64,000 bases of DNA from an uncultured Rikenellaceae bacterium (GTDB lineage Bacteria > Bacteroidota > Bacteroidia > Bacteroidales > VadinHA17): positions 9,353-73,352 of the forward strand of contig CAYXSM010000013.1 in assembly GCA_964466705.1 (NCBI GenBank). The letters are read 5' to 3'. Numbering within the stretch: the first letter of the stretch is position 1; every line of letters starts with the position of its first letter. Of this stretch, positions 9,990 through 19,653 are shown piece by piece. The notes under the pieces are model-generated. The model was not told the DNA's origin. It ran no database searches and saw only the letters and a program-made list of their open reading frames with translations. Both the position numbers and the translations under genes were made by a program.

Positions 9990-12302
9990 TCAGGAAAGGA
10001 CCACAACCTCATGATCCGTAACTGAAGTTATGGTAAAAATACTCCATCCGTCACTGACTTCAGCCTTTAGATTCACATCCTCAACCAGGAGATAAGGATT
10101 TTCACCTTTTACATCGTCAGTTAATTTTACCTTGACAATTAAAGGACCAACCGGTATATATTCATGAACAGGAGTCCGCCATGTTCCAGCACTCGTAAGA
10201 TTGGCCAGGTGGAGTATCAGTCTTCCTCGCTGATGATAGAGATTACAATCCAGAAGACCCGGACCATCAACTTTGAGAGGAATATTGTCTTTCGAAGCCC
10301 AACGCATAATGTTCCTGATAAGATCACCATGATCAGGCAAATTATAGCGGGCAAATTGCCTGTCGAGGTCTGCAGGCATGAAAACAATCCTGCTGCCATT
10401 TGAAAATTCTCTTATAATCAGCCCGGGAATATTTGTTTCCGGTTCCCGCATCCATGCTGTTTCAGGGGGATAAATTGGAAACTCGGGAACGAATGTCATG
10501 ATTACCGAAGAATCGTTATCAACTTCCAAAGGATTGAGGGTACCGCCGAACGGTAAAATGTCTGTAAGCTCAAATCCTTCCAGTACAGGATGCCTGGATC
10601 CCTTTACCGGAGGTTCCTTACCTGTTTTTGGTCCGTACACCTGGCTTCTCATCTGTGGATATAGACGAAGATAGGTATGTAAAGTGCGGTCAAATGAAGA
10701 TTTGTTCCCTGCTTTTATATGAGCCCCGAAAAGATCGCTTAATGCATAATCATTCAATTTTTTCCCGGTTTCATCATAGAGGCTGCTTTCGCCTGAGGCA
10801 AACAAACCGCCTCCGTTCTCAACAAACCTTTTTACAGCTGTTACCTGAGATTTTGCCATGCTTCCAAGATTCGGCAGAACAAGCAGGCTGAGTCCGGATG
10901 CATCCCTTTCTATATGGTCGGCATGAACAGGCAAATATGGGATTCTTGCCCTGATTAGTGCCTGTATGATCCCGTTCCAGGGAGAGTCAACCAGCAGATC
11001 AACCTGATCGCGGCCATAAAAATCCGAATTTTCCTGTGACCAGACAACTCCGACAGTACTCACAGGCAAGCGGTTAATAAGATACTTTTCATTATTGCCG
11101 TACCAGTGATACACAGGCTCTGCCGTGAGATACATCCTTCTGTCTTCATGATATGCAGAGATATGATGCCACCAGGGCTGAATTCCGCCGGCAAATCCTT
11201 CAATCATCCACATCCTTGCCTCATGAACAGGCTTGGCTGATACCCGGAAAGTCGGCCTTCCAGCCTGGTACATTGCCATACTGTCGGGAATTAATTTCTC
11301 CCAGCCCAAAATCCCGTGAATGCGCTTCCCTGCATCTGACAGATCCTGGAAGCCTGATGAATCGCTCCTCGCCTGATGATCGAGCATAATAATATCGGCA
11401 CGACGGCAGATCTCCCTGTAATCCCTGAAGCTTCTTGACTGACTGCTTACAGAACCGCTGTTCATACCTGCCCAGATACAATCAGGACCTCCGGCAGCTT
11501 TGGTGATGCGGTTGTTCATATCCCAGATTTCAAGTCTCCTGTCATAATTCCACCTGATCCATAGTCTGTATACGGGGTCATCCCAGTTCTTTTTCAGCGG
11601 AATATCATTTCCTGTTTTCTCCCTGAAGCTTTTTTTGCAATTATCACAATAGCATATTGAATCCCGGCCCAATCCGCTCCAGCTGTTGTCTGTAAATCCT
11701 TCCGGATGATACATAACAGCGATTTCTGTAAGGATTGAAGGGATATGTTGATCATAATAGGGGCTGTTTACACATGTTATATAAAGATCAGCTGCTCTGT
11801 ATGGTCTTCCGTCGATGTCAACAGCGAACCATCCGGGGTGCGTTCTGTAGAATTCCTCATGGGCCCTGTTTGAATCCATACGGGCAAAAACCACAAGTCC
11901 GTCTTCATGGGCTGCATGACACAATTCGCCGAAAAGATCACGTCCGCCGAGATATTCTGACTTATAATGAAAAGGGATCCTGGTAGGATAATAAGCTATG
12001 ATACCCCCCGCATTGATTATCACACCTTGTGTCCTGGTTCTTTTCCAATGGTTCCGCCACCAGATGATATCATATGCAGGCGGGTCTTTTTCTGTTATAT
12101 TTGTCTGTCCCCACCGGGTTATCCTCCTGTACCATGGGATTCCAGCGCCGGAAACGTTTTGATGACTGGCTTCTGTGTTGAGATAAGAAATACCAGCCCC
12201 TGATATGGTAAATGAAGCTGCAGCTGCCTGTTTGAAAAATGTCCGCCGGCTGCTACAGTATCCCAGTCTTTCTTTTGAAGATTCCGAGTTTGTATCTGCC
12301 AT
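9990..12302 (-). CDS. Tat-exported putative glycoside hydrolase (GHL-type TIM barrel plus GH42M-like trimerisation/amidotransferase-like domain)
   Basis: 770 aa with a twin-arginine signal (SRRTFFKQAAAASF). It has the CYCDNCxxxF motif seen in GHL families. The C-terminal region resembles the GH42 middle domain. Confidence 0.55.
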   Translation of the reverse strand: MADTNSESSKERLGYCSSRRTFFKQAAAASFTISGAGISYLNTEASHQNVSGAGIPWYRRITRWGQTNITEKDPPAYDIIWWRNHWKRTRTQGVIINAGGIIAYYPTRIPFHYKSEYLGGRDLFGELCHAAHEDGLVVFARMDSNRAHEEFYRTHPGWFAVDIDGRPYRAADLYITCVNSPYYDQHIPSILTEIAVMYHPEGFTDNSWSGLGRDSICYCDNCKKSFREKTGNDIPLKKNWDDPVYRLWIRWNYDRRLEIWDMNNRITKAAGGPDCIWAGMNSGSVSSQSRSFRDYREICRRADIIMLDHQARSDSSGFQDLSDAGKRIHGILGWEKLIPDSMAMYQAGRPTFRVSAKPVHEARMWMIEGFAGGIQPWWHHISAYHEDRRMYLTAEPVYHWYGNNEKYLINRLPVSTVGVVWSQENSDFYGRDQVDLLVDSPWNGIIQALIRARIPYLPVHADHIERDASGLSLLVLPNLGSMAKSQVTAVKRFVENGGGLFASGESSLYDETGKKLNDYALSDLFGAHIKAGNKSSFDRTLHTYLRLYPQMRSQVYGPKTGKEPPVKGSRHPVLEGFELTDILPFGGTLNPLEVDNDSSVIMTFVPEFPIYPPETAWMREPETNIPGLIIREFSNGSRIVFMPADLDRQFARYNLPDHGDLIRNIMRWASKDNIPLKVDGPGLLDCNLYHQRGRLILHLANLTSAGTWRTPVHEYIPVGPLIVKVKLTDDVKGENPYLLVEDVNLKAEVSDGWSIFTITSVTDHEVVVLS

Positions 12303-12592
12303 ACGATGATATTTTTTTAGTGTGCCATTTTCTTTAACTATCAGTTATTAAATTTACTTAAACAAATTGTAAATCCGGTCACTAAATGAATTAACCTTCC
12401 AGTTGCCTGATATCCTTTATGATCTGATCCTATTTAGAAATTGTGATTATACTACACATTACCAGGCGTTTAACATTCCTGCGAAGTTTTGCGTGTCGAA
12501 GTCCCTTCAAGGACGAACTGTCCGTACTACCTCATATGCTTCAGCAAGAGTATGGATGCCGATTGAATGGGACAAAGGGAGATAAATATGTT

Positions 12593-12600
12593 TATATTTG
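12593..12600 (+). promoter_or_regulatory. Candidate Bacteroidota-type -7 promoter box (TAnnTTTG)
   Basis: TATATTTG lies 21 nt upstream of the RAYT ATG. Confidence 0.4.
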
Positions 12601-12621
12601 TAATGATCGCTGCATTTTGAA

Positions 12622-13173
12622 ATGTATTCATTTTACAGAAAAAGCAGGCATTGTAATTCATTGCGTTATCCGGGACGTGATTATTCTTATCCGGGTAAAT
12701 ACTTTGTTACCATTTGTACTGCTAATAGAACTAAATGGTTTGGGCAAATCACAAATTCAAAAATGCAATTGTCAGATATAGGCAGTATTGCCTGTAAATT
12801 CTGGTATGATATACCGCTACATTTTCCATATGTCACACTGGACGAATTTGTTATAATGCCTGATCATATCCATGGAATAATTATTATCAACAGATCATCC
12901 AAAAACCCGGTGGTAGGTTCGTTGCATGCAACGAACCTACTATTACATGATGATGTTCCCGTGAAAAACAAAGCCATGTCAGCAATATCACCAAAACCAG
13001 GATCATTATCGGTCGTTATTCGATCATATAAATCAGCAGTGGCAAAAAATGCCCGTTTGATAAATAATGATTTTTCCTGGCAATCACGGTTTTATGATAC
13101 TATTATATGTACAAAAGGACAATTATCACGGATAAGGAAATATATTAGGAATAATCCCATAAACTGGATGTAA
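12622..13173 (+). CDS. REP-associated tyrosine transposase (RAYT; IS200/IS605-like HUH Y1 family)
   Basis: 183 aa. It has the N-terminal GKYFVTICT motif, an HUH motif (MPDHIHGIII) and the C-terminal SWQSRFYDTII...IRNNPINW with the catalytic Tyr. Confidence 0.85.
   Translation: MYSFYRKSRHCNSLRYPGRDYSYPGKYFVTICTANRTKWFGQITNSKMQLSDIGSIACKFWYDIPLHFPYVTLDEFVIMPDHIHGIIIINRSSKNPVVGSLHATNLLLHDDVPVKNKAMSAISPKPGSLSVVIRSYKSAVAKNARLINNDFSWQSRFYDTIICTKGQLSRIRKYIRNNPINWM
12913..12940. repeat. Perfect 28-bp palindrome (REP-like) embedded in-frame in the RAYT ORF
   Basis: GTAGGTTCGTTGCATGCAACGAACCTAC is its own reverse complement. It encodes VGSLHATNL between the HUH and Tyr motifs. Confidence 0.9.
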
Positions 13174-13175
13174 AA

Positions 13176-13199
13176 TAGTTCGTTGTATGCAACGAACCT
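13176..13199. repeat. REP-like hairpin immediately downstream of the RAYT stop
   Basis: TAGTTCGTTGTATGCAACGAACCT forms an 8-bp stem (GTTCGTTG/CAACGAAC) with a TATG loop. The right arm ATGCAACGAACCT is identical to the intragenic copy. Confidence 0.8.
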
Positions 13200-13700
13200 T
13201 CGATGCAATAGATATGAGGCTTCAATTGTGTTGATTGGCAGGTTCAATTTTTGCATTATTTCCTGAAAGCGTGGCTTATTATGAATTATTGCCAGATAAG
13301 GATTTGCGCTAATAATTTAACAATCATTTTCTTACCGATTTGTGTGTTTGATAAAAGACACCGTTTTTTAAATCAATCCTGATTTCTAAAAGTTCAGTTG
13401 TTTCTCAGACCTTTGGAGAAAAGTATGTTTTTACTCAACATTATTATTTTAAAAGGGTGTTTTACTACTTCCCTAAGATCAGGTAAGATTAAATTTCTAT
13501 TGATCTGTTATTTAAAACCCTGACAGTCCAGATCAGTTACCATCCATTATAAGATTCATAAGGCATCAGCTTCCCCAATTTGAATGATATAAAGAAAGAT
13601 CCCAATATTTTAGTCTATATTTATATCATTGATAACTTTATGATTGTGGAAATAATCTAATAACATAAAATACCATTATGAAGTTGAGTCGAAATCGACA

Positions 13701-13754
13701 CTGACAGCTTTCGATGCCACAGAAAAGAGCGAAAGTGTCAGATTGAATTTTTTT
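13701..13754 (+). terminator. Orphan terminator-like hairpin in a long non-coding gap
   Basis: CTGACAGCTTTCG...CGAAAGTGTCAG forms 12 bp with one bulge and a 16-nt loop. A T7 run follows after a 6-nt spacer. No plus-strand ORF lies upstream of it. Confidence 0.3.
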
Positions 13755-13824
13755 GTGCTTGTGGCTGAAAACAGCCGGCCTGTGTGAACCAATATGCGTA
13801 AATTACCATTTATTATGTTGTCGA

Positions 13825-13832
13825 TATTTTTG
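13825..13832 (+). promoter_or_regulatory. Candidate -7 promoter box (TAnnTTTG)
   Basis: TATTTTTG lies 28 nt upstream of the ATG at 13861. Confidence 0.35.
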
Positions 13833-13860
13833 GTATAAAGAATTATTAAAATATACTCCA

Positions 13861-15513
13861 ATGAAATACACGCTTTTGTTTTTTCTCTTGTTTTCCGGTG
13901 CGTTCAGTATGGCACAGGGGCAATCCAAAGACCCGTCTGATAATTTAGTGATAACATCCAAAAAGAATAAGACCAGGGTACAAACAAATACAAACGGGGA
14001 ATTGCTTATAAATGTATCCCCAGAGGATTTCAGGATAATTAAAGCCAATGGAATTGTCCTCTATAGAGACTTCGGAGCCGTTGGCGATGGCAAAACCGAT
14101 GACACAGATGCCATCGCTGCAGCGCATGCATTCGCAAATCAGCACGGCCTTTCCGTACAAGCCGATGAGGGGGCCGTATACTACATTGGAGGAAAGAATC
14201 GCACAGCAGTCATCCGTACTGATACCGATTTCGGCACGGCTGGTTTTATAATTGACGATGCAGATGTACAAAACCGGAACCAACATGTTTTTCTTATTAG
14301 TTCAAGCCTGCAACCATACAGACCTGAGGGAATATCTTCCCTGAAGAGGAATCAGGAGAGAATTGCCATTTCCCTGCCCGGAACCTGTATTATTACCGTC
14401 ACCAATTCACACGTAAAAAGATACATCCGGTATGGGCCCAACCAGAACAGCGGATCACCTCAGACAGATATATTTATAGCTGACAAAGACGGAAAAGTGG
14501 ATATGGATGCTCCGGTTATATGGGATTTCGACCAGATAACGGACATCACAGCTCTTCCAATTGATGAGACAACGCTGACCATCACAGGAGGACGTTTCAC
14601 CACTATAGCCAACAGTGCCGAATCGAAGTATACATACTACAGCCGGGGTATTGCGATCAGGCGTTCCAACGTTGTTGTGGACGGATTGGAACACCGCATC
14701 ACCGGCGAAGGAGACCATGGAGCGCCTTATGGCGGCTTTATAAGTATCAGCGATTGCTCCAACGTGACGGTCCGGAACACCATCCTGACCGGACACAAAA
14801 CGTATCAGACTATAGGCTCGGCAGGAGTCAGAGTCTCAATGGGCAGCTACGACATCTTAATCAACAGGGCTCTAAACGTGTCATTCGTGAACTGCAGCCA
14901 GACGAATGACATCAATGACAGCAGATACTGGGGAATACTTGGATCCAATTACTGCAAGAACCTTGTTTATGACAATTGCACCTTATCACGGTTTGATGCT
15001 CACATGGGGGTTGCCAATGCCACCATCCGCAACTCAACCCTGGGACACCAGGGAATAAACGCCATTGGCAGCGGAACCTTTACCGTGGAGAATTCCACCA
15101 TATATGGCAGAAACCTTATCAACCTGCGCTCAGACTACGGCAGTACGTGGCAGGGAGAATTCTTCATCCGCAACTGCGTTTTCGTGCCGGCAGGCGGCAG
15201 AGCGACCAGTGTCAGCCTGATCGGCGGATCCTATTCCGGGCAGCACGATTTCGGATACACCTGTTATATGCCGGAACGAATAACATTCGAGAACCTCCGG
15301 ATCGACGACTCCGGACTTCCGGCAGACTACAGTGGTCCCGCCATATTTGCGGATTTCAATCCAAAAATGACTGACGATTCCTACCTGGAGAAGTATCCCT
15401 ATGTCAGAACCAGGGAAGTCATTATCAGGAACTTGACTATCGCCAGCGGCAAGAAACTAAGGATCAGCGATAATCCGTTCATGTTCAAGGATGTAATGTT
15501 AAACTGCGATTAA
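13861..15513 (+). CDS. Secreted right-handed parallel beta-helix protein (pectate-lyase-3 / GH28-related fold)
   Basis: I chose the internal ATG that gives a Sec signal (MKYTLLFFLLFSGAFSMAQG). It has the N-terminal RDFGAVGDGKTDDTDAIAAA motif typical of this fold and repetitive N/G/T-rich turns. Confidence 0.7.
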   Translation: MKYTLLFFLLFSGAFSMAQGQSKDPSDNLVITSKKNKTRVQTNTNGELLINVSPEDFRIIKANGIVLYRDFGAVGDGKTDDTDAIAAAHAFANQHGLSVQADEGAVYYIGGKNRTAVIRTDTDFGTAGFIIDDADVQNRNQHVFLISSSLQPYRPEGISSLKRNQERIAISLPGTCIITVTNSHVKRYIRYGPNQNSGSPQTDIFIADKDGKVDMDAPVIWDFDQITDITALPIDETTLTITGGRFTTIANSAESKYTYYSRGIAIRRSNVVVDGLEHRITGEGDHGAPYGGFISISDCSNVTVRNTILTGHKTYQTIGSAGVRVSMGSYDILINRALNVSFVNCSQTNDINDSRYWGILGSNYCKNLVYDNCTLSRFDAHMGVANATIRNSTLGHQGINAIGSGTFTVENSTIYGRNLINLRSDYGSTWQGEFFIRNCVFVPAGGRATSVSLIGGSYSGQHDFGYTCYMPERITFENLRIDDSGLPADYSGPAIFADFNPKMTDDSYLEKYPYVRTREVIIRNLTIASGKKLRISDNPFMFKDVMLNCD

Positions 15514-15647
15514 CGGGTATTGGATCGTGAAGCACTTTTGCAGGAGATTGCCCTTCTCCGTCAGAGATTTTTAATTATGAAACATAAACTACTGTGGCAA
15601 AAGGTTGATATGGAAGATCCTGTACACTCTTTAAGACAGACAATATT

Positions 15648-17909
15648 CTAAAATCTGAACGTATAGGTATATTTCAGCAGGATGGTTCTCCCGTTTGAAA
15701 AGGGCAGTTCGGGAGTTACCCTGCCGGTATTGGTATTAAGGCCTTCATCATAAACTATCCAGAAGTCGTTGCCCTCGGCGGGATTAAACCTGAAACGCAC
15801 GTTACCAATAACCCTGTTTATCGCCGTGTTATACTGGATAAAACTGGCAACTGAGGTTTTGGTAGTCAGTGTCATTAATCCCTTTATTCCAAGTATATGA
15901 TTCGTGAAACCATCATCTCTTGCAGGGAAATTAACATAGTCAAGATAATAGGTGAGCCCGAGATCAAAATCAGAGCCAATCTTGTACCTTGGCTCCGCGT
16001 AGAAAGAGACCCGCCATCCGTCATAGAAACTTCCTGTGGTGAATACTAATCTTGATGAAAGGTCTTTGGCCAGAGGGGATTGATAACTTACTGTAAAATA
16101 GGCAAATGAATATTCACCGGAGGGAACTGTTGCCTGATAATTTCCCAGCGGAAGATCATAAGCCAGGTCTTCTTTATACCAGTTAAATGTTACATTACCT
16201 CCCGCTGCATTTTTTGTCTGCCAGTACCAGTTCACCATAGCGTTTGTCGTTTCATGCTCTCCCGATACTGAATTCCGGTAATTATACCCCGACAGTGAGA
16301 TCCTGTGCGTATATAAAAAAGAATTGTTTTCAGGAAGCCATCCATACCGAATCAAAGCTTTCGGGCCATGGTAGCTTTTCTTTCTCTCAAAGCCAATGCC
16401 CGGATTATAATCCTCTCCTGAGTAAATATACTGGATGTCATAACCCAATCCGACCTGCGACGGCCTCTGCCATTGAAGCAACAGCCTGGTCGGCGACATT
16501 CCGAGCATCTTATTATCGGCCTCATCTTCAAATGTTTGTGCCATTCTGAATATCAGGAAATCACGGTTCTTCACCCAGAACCTTCCATCAAGACCGCAGG
16601 TAAGGTTATAGGTTCCGTTCATGCCCAGCCTGCTTGTTATCATCCCTCCTACAAATGAATTCTGATTGATCACATCTCTTCTTAACCTCAAAACCCCGAA
16701 ATTCTCAGAAGGCAGTATCTGCTCCCTTTCGTCTTCCACCTTATTCTTCCATAATGGAGCAGTCTGCATATCAAGAAATCCCAGGTCCCATTTTCCCATC
16801 CTGCCTGTAACTCTTGCCCCGCCATAGATCCTTACCGCATTACCTGAGTAAAGACCTATCCGGCGGCTGTAGAAGAGATTGTCACCTTCGAGAAAAGAAA
16901 AATCAAAGACATCGGATTTCTCAAGGAAGAATATCCTTTTTTCCGGGAAATAGAGAGAATAGCGCGTCAGGTTTATCATCTGGTCGTCAGCCTCAACCTG
17001 TGCAAAGTCAGTGTTAACAGTCAGGTCGAGTGTCAGGTTGTTTGTGATGCTGTATTTAATGTCTCCCCCAGCATCAAGTTTAGGTGTTGAATTCATTTCA
17101 TAACCTGAATCATCATTCTTAAGCTCGTTTACCTGACCAATACCTCCGATTATATAGGGAGCAACATATACAGGTTTTCTTGGCTTCAGTCCCTCGAATT
17201 CAACCACCTGTGACAGGGAAGGTTTGTACCATGCGGAGGAATATTTCGGCGAAACAGCGGGATAGGTATTCAGCTCTGATTTAGCTGCCATCCATCGCAG
17301 CAAAAGTATACCCATTGATGTCCTGCCCCCGCTTGTCTGAAATCTCAGACTGGAGATAGGTATCCTGAGCTCGGCTGACCATCCCTGTTCTCCCGTGCTG
17401 GTCTTTACATCCCAGAAAGTATTCCAGCTCCGGTTAATATCGCTATCCTCAACAAGACAATCGTTTTTTACCGTCGCATCTCTCCTCAGGCCGTTGGGAT
17501 TTGTTGAAAACTGAACACCATTCTCCCTGTCGTTGAAAGTATCCAGAGTGAATCCGAACCAGTCAGAGGAGAGTTCGGCATAGTCCCTTTGTTTACCGAT
17601 TGCCCTGAGGTATTTCCTGTCACTGCAATTCAGCATGCCTGAAACATACAGATATTCGTCATCATATCCGATCTTCACGATCGATTTCTCTGATGGCGCA
17701 GATCCCGGCTGAGGCAGACACATAACCATGGGAAAGGCTTCTGCCTGCTTCCACACATCTTCATCGGGGATACCGTCAAAATTGATACCTACAGGGAACC
17801 GGCAGACCCTGACAGGACCTGTTAAGTCTGAATTCATTCTGGTCTGGGCATGCGTCAGGCATGTGACAGCAGAGCTTAAAAGAAGTACCGGAATCAGATT
17901 TGGTTTCAT
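15648..17909 (-). CDS. DUF5916-like outer-membrane protein with N-terminal CBM9-like domain
   Basis: I chose the internal ATG that gives a signal peptide (MKPNLIPVLLLSSAV). It has a CBM9-like N-terminus (DDEYLYVSG). The long beta-rich C-terminus ends YTYTFRF. Confidence 0.6.
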   Translation of the reverse strand: MKPNLIPVLLLSSAVTCLTHAQTRMNSDLTGPVRVCRFPVGINFDGIPDEDVWKQAEAFPMVMCLPQPGSAPSEKSIVKIGYDDEYLYVSGMLNCSDRKYLRAIGKQRDYAELSSDWFGFTLDTFNDRENGVQFSTNPNGLRRDATVKNDCLVEDSDINRSWNTFWDVKTSTGEQGWSAELRIPISSLRFQTSGGRTSMGILLLRWMAAKSELNTYPAVSPKYSSAWYKPSLSQVVEFEGLKPRKPVYVAPYIIGGIGQVNELKNDDSGYEMNSTPKLDAGGDIKYSITNNLTLDLTVNTDFAQVEADDQMINLTRYSLYFPEKRIFFLEKSDVFDFSFLEGDNLFYSRRIGLYSGNAVRIYGGARVTGRMGKWDLGFLDMQTAPLWKNKVEDEREQILPSENFGVLRLRRDVINQNSFVGGMITSRLGMNGTYNLTCGLDGRFWVKNRDFLIFRMAQTFEDEADNKMLGMSPTRLLLQWQRPSQVGLGYDIQYIYSGEDYNPGIGFERKKSYHGPKALIRYGWLPENNSFLYTHRISLSGYNYRNSVSGEHETTNAMVNWYWQTKNAAGGNVTFNWYKEDLAYDLPLGNYQATVPSGEYSFAYFTVSYQSPLAKDLSSRLVFTTGSFYDGWRVSFYAEPRYKIGSDFDLGLTYYLDYVNFPARDDGFTNHILGIKGLMTLTTKTSVASFIQYNTAINRVIGNVRFRFNPAEGNDFWIVYDEGLNTNTGRVTPELPFSNGRTILLKYTYTFRF

Positions 17910-18228
17910 GTGATCATCTGTTAAATTGAAGATCTTTTGAATTCTGAAATCGTTTAAGGAGTATACCGGAGAGTGATACAAAAAATGAAATATGTATCAG
18001 TGCCCGAAGAGACTGTCAGCCGGCCATTCAAAAATCACAGGTAAATTTTCCGGCTAACAATAAGCTGATTACATACGCAAGTTACATCAGGAAAAAAGGA
18101 AAGTCAATTATTTTAAAACTGGAAAATAAGTTCAAAAATTTTAGGAACAGGATTCAAAAATAACATATGCTAGATATGCCTTCTAAAGAGCTTCAATCCA
18201 TAACCAGAAAATCTGGGATCGTTTCCTG

Positions 18229-18420
18229 TTATATAAAAGCAGATAGCATTGTGTGAAAGTCGTCACAGATGACAATTCCATACCTTCCCAGATTTTCGAT
18301 TATTGTCATAGTCAGATTTTTTAAATAAGACCATTCATTATCACAAACAGACCGGCCAAATGTGATCATACTATTCGGTTTTGGCGGTAACCATAGTGCA
18401 TCATATATTCCTCTCTTCAT
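18229..18420 (-). CDS. Hypothetical small protein (63 aa), doubtful
   Basis: It is the only ORF in a 720-bp gap. It is preceded by an unusually strong purine tract (GGAGAAGGGGGGG) right before the ATG. I recognised no family. Confidence 0.2.
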   Translation of the reverse strand: MKRGIYDALWLPPKPNSMITFGRSVCDNEWSYLKNLTMTIIENLGRYGIVICDDFHTMLSAFI

Positions 18421-18580
18421 CCCCCCCTTCTCCTACTCTTATCATGGCACACCAAAAGTTCAATAATCAAAAGGATGATTCGTCAGGACAAAATGCCGGG
18501 CAACATCAGGTTTTTTAATAAATTATTGATTCTGTGGATAACAAATCAGTAATTATACTTTTCTGTTTTTCTTCAATCCA

Positions 18581-18588
18581 TACTTTTG
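18581..18588 (+). promoter_or_regulatory. Candidate -7 promoter box (TAnnTTTG)
   Basis: TACTTTTG lies 40 nt upstream of the ATP-grasp ATG. Confidence 0.35.
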
Positions 18589-18628
18589 TTAAATATACAC
18601 TTAGACTTTATGATCAAATAATTCCACG

Positions 18629-19633
18629 ATGAAGGTTCTTGTACTTTATGATCTTGATCTCGCCTGGGAAAGTTTCGAAATCAGTGACGCCCGAAACTCA
18701 GGCAGAGTACTGTTTGAGTCACTTGAATATGAAGGAATAGAAGCATATCTGGAAGAATTGAACAACGCGGATCTGTCAGGAATACTGCAAAGGTACAATC
18801 CTGACGAAACCATTGTTTTTAATCTCTGTGAGAGCATTCCGGGTATACCATACAGCGAGAGAAGAGTTGTGGAGATCATTGAAAATAAAGGATTCACTTA
18901 TACCGGAAACGTCCCGGAGGTTATAGATCTGAGCTATGATAAACAGAAGGTGAAAGAAGTGCTTGTTTCGCTGGGGATCAGGGTTCCTTTTGGAGCGGTG
19001 CTTTCACCGGAAGAGGCTGATGACTGGACTCTTTTTCCTGTTATCGTAAAACCTTCACGTGAGCACTGCAGCCTTACAATAACTGACAGATCGGTGGTTT
19101 TCGATAAGTATTCTCTTAAGGAACAGATCCTCCTGGTAAACAATGAACTGAAACAGCCTGCTCTGGTCGAGGACTTTATTGACGGCCGCGAATTTCATGT
19201 ATCGGTATGGAACAATGATATACCCGAAGTGTTGCCCCCGGCAGAAATGGATTTTTCGGCTTTCCGCGAGGCCCGCAAAAGGCTGTGCACATACGATTCG
19301 AAATTTATTCCAGGCTCGGAGCATTACGAAAAAATTGAAACGCTGATCCCCGCCCCTCTTGATGAGCAATTGCTTAAAAGGCTCGAGAAAAAGGTCCTTA
19401 AAACATGGCAGGGATTCGGATGCATTGATTATGCCCGGTTCGATTTCCGTCTGCGTGATGACAAATTTTACCTTCTGGATGTAAATCCAAACAACGATCT
19501 CAGCATTGACACAAGCTTTGCCATTGCAGCAGAAATGAGCAGTTATTCATACAGCCAGATGGCAAAGCGTATTGTAATGATGGCGGCCGAACGACACCCG
19601 GTATTCGGGGTAAAACTTCTCAATTCAGCCTGA
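18629..19633 (+). CDS. ATP-grasp ligase, D-alanine--D-alanine ligase-like family
   Basis: 334 aa. The Ddl-type C-terminal ATP-grasp motifs are present (VIVKPSREHCS, EDFIDGREFHVSVW, GCIDYARFDFRL...YLLDVNPNNDLS). Confidence 0.75.
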   Translation: MKVLVLYDLDLAWESFEISDARNSGRVLFESLEYEGIEAYLEELNNADLSGILQRYNPDETIVFNLCESIPGIPYSERRVVEIIENKGFTYTGNVPEVIDLSYDKQKVKEVLVSLGIRVPFGAVLSPEEADDWTLFPVIVKPSREHCSLTITDRSVVFDKYSLKEQILLVNNELKQPALVEDFIDGREFHVSVWNNDIPEVLPPAEMDFSAFREARKRLCTYDSKFIPGSEHYEKIETLIPAPLDEQLLKRLEKKVLKTWQGFGCIDYARFDFRLRDDKFYLLDVNPNNDLSIDTSFAIAAEMSSYSYSQMAKRIVMMAAERHPVFGVKLLNSA

Positions 19634-19653
19634 TAATATAAGTATCCGGTACC

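Larger units (their letters stand above)
12593..13199 (+). mobile_element. RAYT/REP unit (domesticated HUH transposase with associated palindromes; no IS-type terminal repeats)
   Basis: The unit is an HUH-Y1 gene plus matching hairpins, one inside the ORF and one just after its stop. Confidence 0.5.

Noticed and set aside
12403-12781. Two overlapping ORFs (60 and 112 aa) upstream of and overlapping the RAYT start
   Set aside because: They are out of frame with the RAYT, whose N-terminal motif begins right after its ATG at 12622. They overlap its candidate promoter and have no family resemblance.
13215-13319. Minus-strand fragment IISANPYLAIIHNKPRFQEIMQKLNLP, which resembles the C-terminal end of TPR-type proteins. 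It could be a relic of a gene disrupted next to the RAYT.
   Set aside because: It is only about 30 codons between stops and overlaps the REP hairpin region in the same frame. The evidence is insufficient.
13753-13860. N-terminal extensions proposed by the ORF track: 13753 for the beta-helix gene, 17981 (TTG) for the DUF5916-like gene, and 44394 for the ankyrin gene
   Set aside because: In each case an internal ATG is followed immediately by a canonical signal peptide. The upstream extension is Cys/Tyr-rich with no signal, so I preferred the internal starts.
18444-18518. 24-aa ORF (MAHQKFNNQKDDSSGQNAGQHQVF) upstream of the ATP-grasp gene, considered as a graspetide/microviridin-type precursor
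   Set aside because: It has no PFFARFL-like leader and no Thr/Ser-x-Lys...Asp/Glu core pattern. The ATP-grasp looks Ddl-like rather than MdnB/C-like. No GNAT or transporter partners are present.
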